Part shown: in pieces, positions 52,248 to 62,668 of the stretch
How positions within the stretch are numbered: position 1 is the stretch's first letter
Layout: the number at the start of each line of letters is the position of its first letter
Origin: Flaccisagitta enflata
Lineage: Eukaryota
Length of the DNA: 64,000 nt
Direction: 5' to 3'
Assembly (NCBI GenBank): GCA_965153355.1
Contig: OZ231126.1
Span: 47,988,001-48,052,000, forward strand
Notes under the pieces: generated by a model
What the model saw: the letters and a program-made list of their open reading frames with translations, nothing else
Databases searched by the model: none
Told to the model about the DNA's origin: nothing
Made by a program: the position numbers and the translations under genes

Positions 52248-52716
52248 TTTTGGGCAGCGGCCCCGAAGGGGCCGATGACCTATGCTTTCACACAGGGGAA
52301 TTTTCTCCTCCTTCTTCTCCTTCTCCTCCTTCGTACCCCCCCTACCACTTCGAGACCTAAATCTTAACCTCAAGGTGTAAATCCCAGCCTTGAGGCCCAA
52401 ATCCCAGCCTTGAGGCCCAAATCCCAGCCTCAAGGCCCAAATCCCAGCCTCAAGGCCCAAATCCCAGCCTCAAGGCCCAAATCCCAGCCTCAGGCCCAAA
52501 TTTCAGCCCCAAGACCCAAATCCCAATCTAAGGGCTAAAATCCAAGCCTCCAGGCTCAAATCCCAGCCTCCAGACTCAAATCCAAGCCTCCCGGCCCTAA
52601 TCCCAGCCTTTAGGCTCAAATAAAATCAGCATAGGTCATCGGTCCCTTCACCTCACACCCACATACACTCATAGGGGCAACGGGTACCGCTGACCATCTA
52701 ACGCTTTTGCGACTAT
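52248..52716. mobile_element. Helentron/HINE-like insertion with 21-bp tandem repeat (aggcccaaatcccagcctc..) splitting ORF1
   Basis: Both ends match the dispersed module at 8230-8340 and 25780-25829; T runs at both junctions, no TSD. Confidence 0.8.
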
Positions 52717-55700
52717 TTCAGTTGCCTTGAACCCTAACATCATCAAATCAAAACTGTCCTCATATATAGTTGGCAATTTCTCAGCTAATTGAGGTTCCGG
52801 TCTTTCATGATAGAATGTTTCCTTCTTCCCAACGGGACTTTTGTTTTTTCTAGTTCCTTCGATCCTTTTAACACGCCCTCTCTGGTTTCTATACACAACT
52901 ATGCGATTGTTGTCTCTTATATGGTCGTAATGGTAATCACCACTTTTCTTTATACTTTTGGACGTTCTATCCAAGTATTGTTCTATTGTCTCTTTTGAGT
53001 TCAGTGTCTCTATTTTTCCTCTTTCAATTTCATCACAAATCACACTGATAACTTCATCTTTACCATAGTCCTCCTCTCTTCCCCTCTGATCTTGATCACT
53101 GACCCTATCTTTTCCCCTCTGATCTTGATCACTGCTCTTATCAAGATCTGCGATATGATTTATTTGACTCAAATAACTTTTATTTTCTATTGGTTTAACA
53201 CAATCACAGGTTCGAGTGATACATTTTGAAATATCAGTGTCTTGAGATTTGATTTCCTCAGGTTTCATTTTTTCAGCTCCTGTCATTGAACGGAAAAAGA
53301 TTTCTTGATCTAGATCATTGGTTAAATCCGTGATTTTATGAAATTTTCCCCTAAAAAAGTCGTAATTAGGCGAGAGGTCAGGGGTCATTGACCTTGAGGG
53401 AAAGATTTTGAAATCAGCAGGTTCAAGTTTCAGTTGTTTCATTGGTTGATTAATGAAATATATATTTATATCTCCACCTTTGCTCTTTTCCACGACCAAA
53501 AACATTTCATGAACAACATTGCTTTTACCATCTATCTGAAATTGCTCATAAAATTGATGATACTTAACTAGTTTATCATTTACAAAAATGTGTTGTAATA
53601 GACCATTACGGAAAAATTTCATAGTGATATCCATAGTCTTTAACCAAGTCTTATCGATTTTTATTTGGGTTTTATAGCTGTACTTATTTGTTATAATATC
53701 CTTGAAGTCATTCGTTTCATTATTTTCTTCCCATTTTTTAATCAGGTTTTCTGTCACAACTGGTCTAACTTGACCCTCTTTCTCATAAATCTCAATTTTT
53801 ACCCCCTTTCCATCATTAGCAGTTTTTGCAGTGTAACGGAAAGGCTTGTAGATGTCTTCAGTAGCTCGTGTTTTGTATAAATATTCATTTTTATGATTTT
53901 TAGATGTAAAAGTGTAATCTGTTATTCCTAACCTTTCTTGGCCCTTAATGATAAACACGTCTGAAATGCTATCCTTAACCTTTTGTTTTAAGACCTCCCA
54001 GTCGTCTTCTGGGTCCCCGCTTTGTTCTACAAAAATATTATCTTTGGTCAAACAAATTAAGTCCTTTTGATCGAGGTTGGTTTCCATTTTAGAATTGAAC
54101 TTATTGATTAATTTTAGGTCCTCATGAAACTTATAATCAAACACGATTTGGGGTCTCATTTTAGGAAGTTTTGCGAATTTCCAATTTAATTGTCCTTTAA
54201 ATGCGTCTAAAAATAGCTCCGCGCAGTCATTTTTTCCAGAGTTCGGTTCTTTTGTTTTTTGTCTTATGATTTTTTCACAGATTGGTTTTTGTTCAAATTC
54301 CATATTTTCGTCGTCTCGATATTCGTTCACATCTTTTATTGCCATGACTTCTAGGTCATGGTTTAGAGATTCATTGATTTCCATTTCTTCCCTTTTTTTG
54401 TTCTCTTGTTTACCGTGATTATGATTATTGATATTTTCATTTGGACTGACTTCATTTTTATCATTGTTTTTATTTTCAAGCTCCTCATTATCACAATTAT
54501 CATCATGATTTTTGTCGTAATCAAGTCCATCATCATGATCGGCTTCATACTCACGCTCGTCACAATGATCACCGCCGTTATCATTTACAGTGTCATTTCC
54601 ACGATCTTCACTATCATTGCCAGGACTGTCATCACCTCCATTGCCACATTCATCTTGATCATCATCATGGTTATCACCATCATAGCCGTGACTGTCATCA
54701 TGATCATCACCATCATCATTGTGATTATCATCATAATCATCACCGTCATAGCTGTGACTATCATCATGATTATCATCACGACCACTATCATCATTTCCAT
54801 CATCCTGGTCACTGTCATCATCTCCATCATTTTCACTATCATCACTTTCACCGGAATAATCATCATCATCCCAATCATCATCCTCTGAGTAGTAAGTATC
54901 TGAGTCATAACTCTCATTGACTCCTTCTACAATGGCTTCCTCATTGATAGTGTGTAGCAATCTGTAGTCTAAACTGGATAACGGGATTTCCTCACTTCTT
55001 TCTTGTGCGTTCATGACTACGTATCTGCAATTCAAATTCCATTTAGCATGTTCTGTGAATGGGTCATCATCTGCCTTCCAACAGCTAAGACGAAGCTTGC
55101 AACCTACACACACTACTTTGTCTTCTATATAATTTAAGGAGGAACAAAAACAGTTAGGCTCATGGTTAATTAAACTTGGTGGGTAATAGGTTTTCAAAAA
55201 ACCCATGGATGCTAAAGTTACTGGGTTAGAGAGTTTTCCTGCGGGCCATTTACTCTTTTGAAAGCTCTTTATCCTTCGGGCCCTGTTGAAGAGTTCTGTT
55301 GTTTTATTCCCAAATGTCACAAACTTAGTCCTTCTTTTCTTCCCTTCTAAACATGCCCATATCTCAACGGGATGAGTGAAAAAACCTTGACTTACAGTCA
55401 TTCCGTCCTCATATCTTTTTATCGCGTCAACCCATTCCTTCCTAGGCTTTTCAGGGACATGAGTCAGAAATCTTGATACTAACTCTGCTGCTTCCCCACA
55501 TGCAAGAGCCTCATCCTCTTTGTCAGGATAATTATCAATTTGATGTTCACAGAACTTCGTTCCAATATTCTCAACTTCATTCTCATAGATACATTCATTC
55601 TCACACAGCATTCCTTCCACGTGATTCGCGCAGTATACGTGTTCTGCACAGTACTTTTCTGACGCAATGATGTCTGCTATCTGGTTTGTTAGTTTGTTTA

Positions 55701-56770
55701 TTTCGTCTTCCTTCTTTACGTAAGGGAGTAAATATTTTGGGAAATCATCTTGAAATTCACTTTTTATCTTTTGTAAATGTCTTAATACTTTTGTCATGAC
55801 TGGCCTTGGGTCGGCTGGAATGGCCATGTCCTCGATAATAGGTAATGTTAAACCTGGGATCCCAAGATGCAATCCAGATAAAAAGAAAACCCCATAGTAA
55901 GAGCCAAGTTGTTGGCGCCTGATGCGTACTATCTGAGTCGGTTCAAAGAAACCCTTAGCAGATAGGCTATCTTTTTTCAAACTTGGATTTAGGTACCAAA
56001 ATTCTCCTAAGTGATCGACATAAGAACCTACGTTTAGAGTAGGCAAAAATGTTGGCTCTTGACAAACAAAACATCGACATTCCTTTGCATGTATTTTTTC
56101 CCCATAGACTATCCTCTTGTCTTCCATGCCTTTTGCTAAACCAGCCAGCTCGAGGGCTCTTGATATGTTATATTGAGTTAAGGTTTGGTTTCTTTTTTTC
56201 TCACTAATTGGGATATTTTCATAAATTTCTTCAAAATTATTGGCAGAGCCACTAGAGCGATATTCTACTCTGCCCATATTCCAATTATTCCCGTTGCTAA
56301 ATTCATATAATTCCTGCAACTCTTTGCTGTCTAGAAGTAAAGGCATTACTAACCGTTTAGGTTTGATTCCATGCTGGATCCTGAAAATTTTTTCTTGCGG
56401 GATGTTAGTTGTACTTTCGTTGGTCTTAGTTTGATTTTGATTTTCACAATTGTTTTCACTTAAATTTCGTTCGTTGCAGTTGATTTCATTTATTATTGTT
56501 TTTAATTTAGAAATGATTTTAAGCGTAATTGCGATCAAGTCCTTCGTTTTTATTTCTTTAACGCCCTTAACGCATTCTGATATGAGATTCACTTCTTTAG
56601 CATCATTCGAGGTCAGGTCGTCTCCTTCAGACATCGTTAAAATCTTAATCTCTAACTTTTGTAAGTCAGTAAAAATCTCGTCTGGATTTGGGTTTTGTGA
56701 TTCCCAGTGATGCGGAACATTAGAACACGAGTCCTCTGAATGCGTTGTATACGGCTGTTGTTGTTCATGC

Positions 56771-56851
<81 letters not shown>

Positions 56852-57981
56852 AACAAAACAATTAATCGATTCACATTTTGAAAATTTGGTTCATCGGCGA
56901 AAATCGTTGATATTGTTTGTATTGTTGTAGTCACTACTTCTTGAGCGTATTGGCTGCAAGATTGCATTTGCAGCTCAGTGGCTTTTGCGTCTGCCACTCT
57001 TTGAAGAAGCTCCAGACTTTTCTCTTGCCACTCACCTTTCAGTCTCATTCTCTCATTCAGACTTTCAGTCGTAATAGACGGATCATCGATCGGTGGCTGA
57101 TTTTGCAGCTCTGAATTTATGTTAATGAGAGCCAAAATTGTTTCATATATTTCATTTCTATTCATACCAATGCTAGACCTCGTCTGAATGCCATTTGCGT
57201 CATTCATCTCAATTGCATCTTTTATTTGAAATGCTACATTCTCAGTTAGCGAGTTCGCAGAGAGCAAATTCTCGCCTTCTATCCTTTTTCCTTCCATGTA
57301 AAGTTCATGGAACTGATTTTTATCAAAAGTTTTAGGCTCAGGAGCCCCGTAGAGATACCAATCCCTAGCTTCTGCCCCTTTCACCTCCTCTATCGTGAAC
57401 ACTTTGTTTTGTTTTGTCTTAATTTCCATAGGTTTTTTCATTTTATGATACAAATGGCTCAATCTTTCTGCTATTTTGTCCTTTGAATTGTCACATACAT
57501 GCCTGTTGGCCTTTGCCTTAAAGGCTGGACGAGAAATTTCAAGAATATCAAAAATGTTTTTTATTTCTTTTATTTTCTCTGTTTCTAGGAATTTTAGTAT
57601 TCTAGCCTCAGATCTTTTCTGCATCTCCCTTGATACGATTTTAGTTGGATCGGAACACCCACAGTCGATCTCAGATACACCCTCAATAATGGTTTCCTTT
57701 TTGGTTGTTATTGCCTCCTGCAATTCAGTCACAATTTTGTCAATCAGTTCGAGATAAATCAGATGATTAAAGCCTTGAGAGTTCTCTAATTCTTCTCCCC
57801 CCATCACAGCAGCTTCCATCATAGAGGTGAGTAAGTAAATGCGATCTCTAACAAAAAGCGGTACCTTTGGCTCGATTTTCATGCATTCATCTAACAGTTG
57901 TGTCATAGATTGGTGAAACTTTACTTCTAGTTTGCCTTCTCTATTGATCTCTATTGTCGCGTTATTGCAACGGGATTCCAT
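52717..57981 (-). CDS. N-terminal part of giant ORF1: polyQ, BIR domain, Asp-rich tract, unknown domains
   Basis: 1755 open codons; (CAA)n at 56770-56850; BIR motif RIKSF..KWP..LASMGF..VVCVGC..W..DDPFTEH..C at ~55018-55278; D-rich 54480-54890. Confidence 0.88.
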
Positions 57982-58110
57982 GAAACATTCTTTCTTTGAT
58001 ACTTCAACCTTACCATTCGAAGTGCTGTAATCCGGGTTTACAGGTCCTAACGTCGTTGATGGGGTCCTTTCACCGACGTTAGCAGGGTCTTGACCCTTCG
58101 TGGAATCGTG

Positions 58111-58437
58111 TCAATCCATTGGCGTCTTTTCACTTACCTGTCTTTTATGTAAAGATATGTCTGACTCTTTTCTCTCAAAGATGCCCAAGTCCATTTGTAA
58201 GACTGGTGGGAGAGTCTCGGACATTCCAGGAAAGATTCTATGCCTGTCTATGTGATTCACTGTGGTGATCAGCCTAGCAAACCGCACAAGGCACAGAAAA
58301 AGATATAAAGATAAAAGAATCAAGAATTTAAACAAATAAAGGACTGGACTCGGATTGTAGGCGATTAAGAGAAGTCCTATCCCTCCGAGCTGAATCGATA
58401 ATACAGTGAAAATTGATTCACTTGTCACGCTATTCAT
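58111..58437 (-). CDS. Hydrophobic 108-aa ORF in the same frame as ORF1, separated by one TGA
   Basis: Two hydrophobic stretches; the frame stays open from 58110 to the ATG at 57981 (HDSTKGQDPA...KKECF). Confidence 0.55.
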   Translation of the reverse strand: MNSVTSESIFTVLSIQLGGIGLLLIAYNPSPVLYLFKFLILLSLYLFLCLVRFARLITTVNHIDRHRIFPGMSETLPPVLQMDLGIFERKESDISLHKRQVSEKTPMD

Positions 58438-58579
58438 AAACGTCTCTGATGTCTACAAATGAACTGGTAGCAACATAAAGTTAAATAAATGAATATGATT
58501 GCTAACACGAATGTTATCAAGGCTGTCTCTATTACCGTTGATCTTTCTTTTTCCAGTCTATGAGTCACATTCAAGTTCA

Positions 58580-58846
58580 TTAATAATCCTCGTCCTCAAA
58601 AACTATTTGCCTAAACCACTTAAATATTAATCTACCGTTTACTTCTTCCAAGCTAAGCAGCTTTTTTATTACCCTTGGTTTACTTCTTAGGACAGGTACA
58701 AAGAACGTAGACAGAAACTTACGAATTATACTAGAGATGAGTGTATTCCCAAAAGAAATAATCTCACATTTATCTTTTCTTCTTACATGCACGTCTGTCT
58801 CAGTACAGATGACTTCTATATTACCGAGTTCAACAACTTTACTCAT
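58580..58846 (-). CDS. 88-aa accessory ORF in the retroelement leader, unknown function
   Basis: ATG-initiated, normal complexity, ~190 bp downstream of the PBS. Confidence 0.4.
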   Translation of the reverse strand: MSKVVELGNIEVICTETDVHVRRKDKCEIISFGNTLISSIIRKFLSTFFVPVLRSKPRVIKKLLSLEEVNGRLIFKWFRQIVFEDEDY

Positions 58847-59033
58847 CGCCTAGGAACTGGCAATAAATGTCGTCCTAAAAGGCGATAAAATCTAGGAAAA
58901 AGCACTCTTTAGTTTAGCTACGACCTTAGGGTGTTTCACTCTAGATGATCAGGATAAGTCCTTTGATTAGTGTTTATTAAGATTCATCAAATTGCTATTA
59001 GGTTGTGTTAATTTATTTAAGCTATACAGTAGC

Positions 59034-59046
59034 ACCGCTGCCACCA
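59034..59046 (-). promoter_or_regulatory. Primer-binding site complementary to a tRNA-Leu 3' end
   Basis: TGGTGGCAGCGGT, 5 nt downstream of an LTR end in CA. Confidence 0.85.
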
Positions 59047-59051
59047 TAAAT

Positions 59052-59522
59052 TGTGAAATTATATAAACTTGATCTTACTTAGTTTAATAGGTTCTAGTAT
59101 AGCTAAAATTTAGTTCAACCTAGTTGTCATAGGGCAGCAATTATAAGATGTTTTTAAATGCTACAATATGAATTTATTGAATTAAGAAGTTAAGTGTATT
59201 TAGCATATGATGAATCTTGGTTGTGGTAATAAGTAGTTTTGAGTTGCTACTAAAGACTAAGACAGAATTTAATTCTGAAGTCTGTCCTAAGGAGAATGGA
59301 AGATATAAGAAAAGACAACCTTACTATTTAGACTTTATCTAGTCTTAGCCAAGATGAATATCTGCTGGCTATAAAGACTGATGGTCTCACAACTTAGTCT
59401 ATATGAAAACTCAAGACTTGTGATACACCTTAGTCTCTTTCCTCGAAAGCTCAAGATGAAATTTCTTCCGTCTAGTAGAGCTCAAATCCAGGAAGGATCC
59501 AGATTATTTAACAGCCTTCACA
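59052..59522 (-). repeat. Probable 5' LTR of the Gypsy-type element (471 bp)
   Basis: Bounded by a perfect inverted repeat TGTGAA...TTCACA and adjacent to the PBS; no second copy in the window, so the outer end is inferred. Confidence 0.7.
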
Positions 59523-60018
59523 TTTATTCTCTCTAAGTTCTGCTGTGCTTGATAAAAGTAACTGAATAGACAGTTAGCCATTAAACTATCAAATTGGACT
59601 AAAATTTGTGAAAAATGTTAAGATTTTGGTCATTTTTGCCTATTTTGTGACTTTCGGGGCCCCGCAGATGGGACCCACAGGGGCCCCTAACCTTTCCTTT
59701 TGTTTTGCTACACTAGATGATAGTATCTTGAAATAAAATTTTGTTCCTCAATGACATTTAAGATGAACCATCAACAAAAACTCTTTTTTTTTGGCCATTT
59801 TCACCTATTTTGGCCATTTGGGGGCCCCATACGAACCCCTAGAGAGCCCCATGGGGGCGCCTGTCTGCGAGTTCTCCTTATTTTATATCATGCGACTACC
59901 TGGCCTTCAAAAAAGACCAGCCCCAAGGTTTTTTACCAATCTGTTGAGAAAAAGTGAAGAATACAAGGTTAATAGTCACAAATTTGGCCTTTTTTCGATG
60001 GTGCCACACACCCCTTAA
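59523..60018. mobile_element. Partial MITE/foldback arm ending at ccccttaa
   Basis: AT-rich with ggggccc and tttggccattt motifs like other local foldback elements; TTAA-type terminus; partner arm not seen. Confidence 0.4.
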
Positions 60019-60162
60019 AGAGGGGTTCACTAAAATCACTCCTGGGAAGGTAGAATTGGGAAATAAGGCTCAAACTTTATTTTATCTCAAAGTACACATA
60101 AAAAGTAAACTTTTCACCGATGCCATTCTTTCTAGGACAAAAAAAAAGTTTTATTGTCCCAT

Positions 60163-60561
60163 CTATTCAACGATAAAGGTGCAAGTTGGGGAGTATTTTT
60201 CATGCTCGTACATTGCAACATCTCCTGGCTCCCAATCTCTCAGTTCAAGTTTACAACAGAAGCATCTAACCAACCCTCTGTACATTTCGATCATATAGAA
60301 ACCTGCACTCGCAAGAAGCAATGGGGTTTGGGAACGATTACAAGGCCAGTCACGGAAAGAGTTAAGACGGTGTCTTAGAATCGAATAATCGGGATCGTTA
60401 AGAGAATAAGCAGGGAAGTCTTGAAAAGGGTGCTCTTCATTCTCAGCCATATTTACATTTGATGGTATAGAAACTTTTCTTCTTTTAAAAACAATGTTCT
60501 TAATTCTTCTTTTTTTCAAAAAGGCTTTTAATCTTTGTTTTTTACTACTTCCAGTAACCAT
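60163..60561 (-). CDS. Single-BIR inhibitor-of-apoptosis-like protein with basic N-terminus
   Basis: RLNSFRDWP..LASAGFY..VRCFCC..LRDWEPGD..EHEKYSPTCTF; AATAAA on the coding strand at ~60149-60154 and ~60077-60082. Confidence 0.9.
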   Translation of the reverse strand: MVTGSSKKQRLKAFLKKRRIKNIVFKRRKVSIPSNVNMAENEEHPFQDFPAYSLNDPDYSILRHRLNSFRDWPCNRSQTPLLLASAGFYMIEMYRGLVRCFCCKLELRDWEPGDVAMYEHEKYSPTCTFIVE

Positions 60562-60567
60562 ATATCT

Positions 60568-60625
60568 AATCAGTGACGCCAGATATCAGTGACATCAATC
60601 AGTGACGCCAGATATCAGTGACATC
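60568..60625. repeat. Perfect 29-bp tandem duplication just upstream of the BIR gene
   Basis: aatcagtgacgccagatatcagtgacatc occurs twice. Confidence 0.9.
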
Positions 60626-61092
60626 AATCATCAACTTGCATAGAATTTTTTTGTTTTTCGTCTCTGTCTTCGCCGTTTAACTATAGTTCTTTTCACTCCA
60701 CGTAACGCGTCTTTGCGTGCGCCGGCACCCTGGGACAAAATAGGAAAAAATACAATGTTTATTTCTATGCATGTAGAAAAAGGAGGTGTCATATTATGTC
60801 TGTATGTATGTGATATAGGACATGTATATGTACTTTTGTTCTGCGTCTGCGTCTACGTCGTCTATTTCTGTTTCCTTTTCGTTTTCTTCTTCTACGTCTC
60901 ATTTTAGTTTTGTTGTTCCCTTTTTTTCGTGAATGAATGAGTTCTCTAATAAAAGATTTAAAAAAATAACAAATGATTTCGTTGATTGCTTATTTAGTGG
61001 TTTAAGCTGTTCATAACGATGATTAGACAACGGTTTGGAATGAGTTTTACCTGTTCAATACCTTTAATTGAAGGTCTTGTGCCTCCATGCAA

Positions 61093-61557
61093 TTATCCTC
61101 CAAAGCCACACGTGTCCAAATTAAGATATCTCAGCGAATATTGCCGAGTTTTGGCGTTTTTGCAGATCAGAGTCAGAGTTTTTGTTTTATTGTTGACTAC
61201 GCAGGTCGCGATTGATTGTTGTGCAGTCGGATATTCGTGACGCGATTCAATTTCAATGAGGTCTGAGAAGTACTTGGTTTGCGCGATGTTGGATGCAAAC
61301 TGGGTGGTCAGCAATATTAGCAAAACGGCAAAGAAGACAAAGCCAACTTTCCTGGGGCGTAATGGCATGTTAGGGTCAGGGTGGTCAGGGAAATGAGTTG
61401 GCGGGACAGTTTCAGTTCCACTACTGGGATTTGTGTGTGGGATTAAAAGAAATCTTGGCGGTGTTGGTCTTGGACATTCTGATTCAACTTTTTTTGGTTC
61501 AGTTGATTCAGGATTTGCTTGCTTTCCACTTTCCATCTGCGAAATTAGATAAATCAA
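61093..61557 (-). CDS. Small putative type II membrane protein, unknown function
   Basis: Pro-rich N-terminus, RPRK followed by VGFVFFAVLLILLTT, C-terminal domain with three Cys. Confidence 0.6.
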   Translation of the reverse strand: MIYLISQMESGKQANPESTEPKKVESECPRPTPPRFLLIPHTNPSSGTETVPPTHFPDHPDPNMPLRPRKVGFVFFAVLLILLTTQFASNIAQTKYFSDLIEIESRHEYPTAQQSIATCVVNNKTKTLTLICKNAKTRQYSLRYLNLDTCGFGG

Positions 61558-61786
61558 ATCATAGGCGTGGCGTGGTATAAAAGGATGTACTATGTATTCT
61601 AATAACTATGAAAGCGTAAAGCAACATATGATTCATGCGAGATAATTGATCTAGGCGATGTTAAGTCATTTAAGACACTTAAGGTCATGTTCAATACTAA
61701 GATGACATTGCAAAATATGATTATGTTTAACTGTAAGCATTTTAAGCGTTTAACTGTAAGCGTTTAAATGCAAGCACTGTAAGCAC

Positions 61787-62668
61787 TTAAGTGTAAGTGT
61801 CTTTTTTCCTAAACGCAAGCGTGAAAGTGAAAGGCTTCATGAAGTCCAGTTGGTCTGGACTGGCAGTTAACAAATGAAGAAAAAGAGGAATAGAAGTAAC
61901 AAATAGAAAAAATTTTCGATCTTTAAGAAAGTCCTTATTTTCCCTAAATGCAACTTGAAGAGCATGGATCTCTTTTTCTCGCACACTTTTTTCACGCAAA
62001 TGAGGAGGCATCTCTTCTCTAAATGTGTTTACAATGATACGAAAGCCAGATCGCAATTCAACAAACAGAAGATGAGCTATTTCGGATTCTGACGTGTCAA
62101 CGAAGAGGATTAAGGTTCTTCCAGGTCCGGTTGAGAGAATGTTGTCATCAGCAGAGACAGATCCTAGAACGTCTGCGGCGGAGATAGGTCCACCAGGCCC
62201 ACCAGGTCCACCAGGTCCAAAAGGTCCTCCAGAGGCGGAGCCAGCTCCTTTAACGTCAGAGGCGGAGTCGGGTTCTTGAACGTCAGAGGCGAAGCCGTGT
62301 CCTTGAACGTCAGAGGCGGAGCCGGAGCCGGAGCCGAAGCTGGAGCTAGAGGCAGAGGCAGAGCCAGAGCCAGAGCCAGAGCCTCTGAAAGAGCCGAAAG
62401 CCTCCAAAAGCTTTTGAAAGAGATCTTCGGGTTCAACAGATGGAATCTCATCAGGAATGTCATCTTGTGATTTATTCTCTTCGATGTTTTCTTGTGGTTC
62501 TCCACTTTCATCTATATCGTTTTCTCGTGGTTTATCCATATCGATGCCTTCATCAACATCAATTAGAGAGTGTGTCGGACACTCTGAGAAAAGTTTGTTG
62601 TAAAAGTTGGACAAAGTTTTTGCAATGTGAAGAATTGGCAACCAAAGAAGGGAAACAATAGTTGCCAT
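61787..62668 (-). CDS. 293-aa protein with a C-terminal divergent Ty3/Gypsy-type RNase H-like domain
   Basis: LILFVDTS...KSVREKEIHALQVAF...FLKDRKFFLFVTSIPL...FTFTLAFRK follows the Gypsy RNase H motif order. Confidence 0.65.
   Translation of the reverse strand: MATIVSLLWLPILHIAKTLSNFYNKLFSECPTHSLIDVDEGIDMDKPRENDIDESGEPQENIEENKSQDDIPDEIPSVEPEDLFQKLLEAFGSFRGSGSGSGSASASSSSFGSGSGSASDVQGHGFASDVQEPDSASDVKGAGSASGGPFGPGGPGGPGGPISAADVLGSVSADDNILSTGPGRTLILFVDTSESEIAHLLFVELRSGFRIIVNTFREEMPPHLREKSVREKEIHALQVAFRENKDFLKDRKFFLFVTSIPLFLHLLTASPDQLDFMKPFTFTLAFRKKDTYT

Larger units (their letters stand above)
47037..59522 (-). mobile_element. Giant-Gag Ty3/Gypsy-type LTR retroelement, 3' truncated
   Basis: 5' LTR, PBS, small ORF, giant BIR-Gag ORF, -1 frameshift site and PR-RT-RH, all co-oriented. 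Confidence 0.85.

Noticed and set aside
52248-52460. MGLEAGIW... as the true Gag start
   Set aside because: Encoded by the 21-bp tandem repeat of an inserted element.
54363-54917. M/I-rich ORFs overlapping the Asp-rich tract
   Set aside because: Alternate frames of gat/atg trinucleotide repeats.
52669-57981. Giant ORF as a host IAP gene or part of the Polinton
   Set aside because: It is intronless, lies downstream of an LTR and PBS, and joins Gag in frame once the insertion is removed.
59034-59046. tRNA gene
   Set aside because: Only a 13-nt match to a tRNA 3' end with no cloverleaf; it is a PBS.
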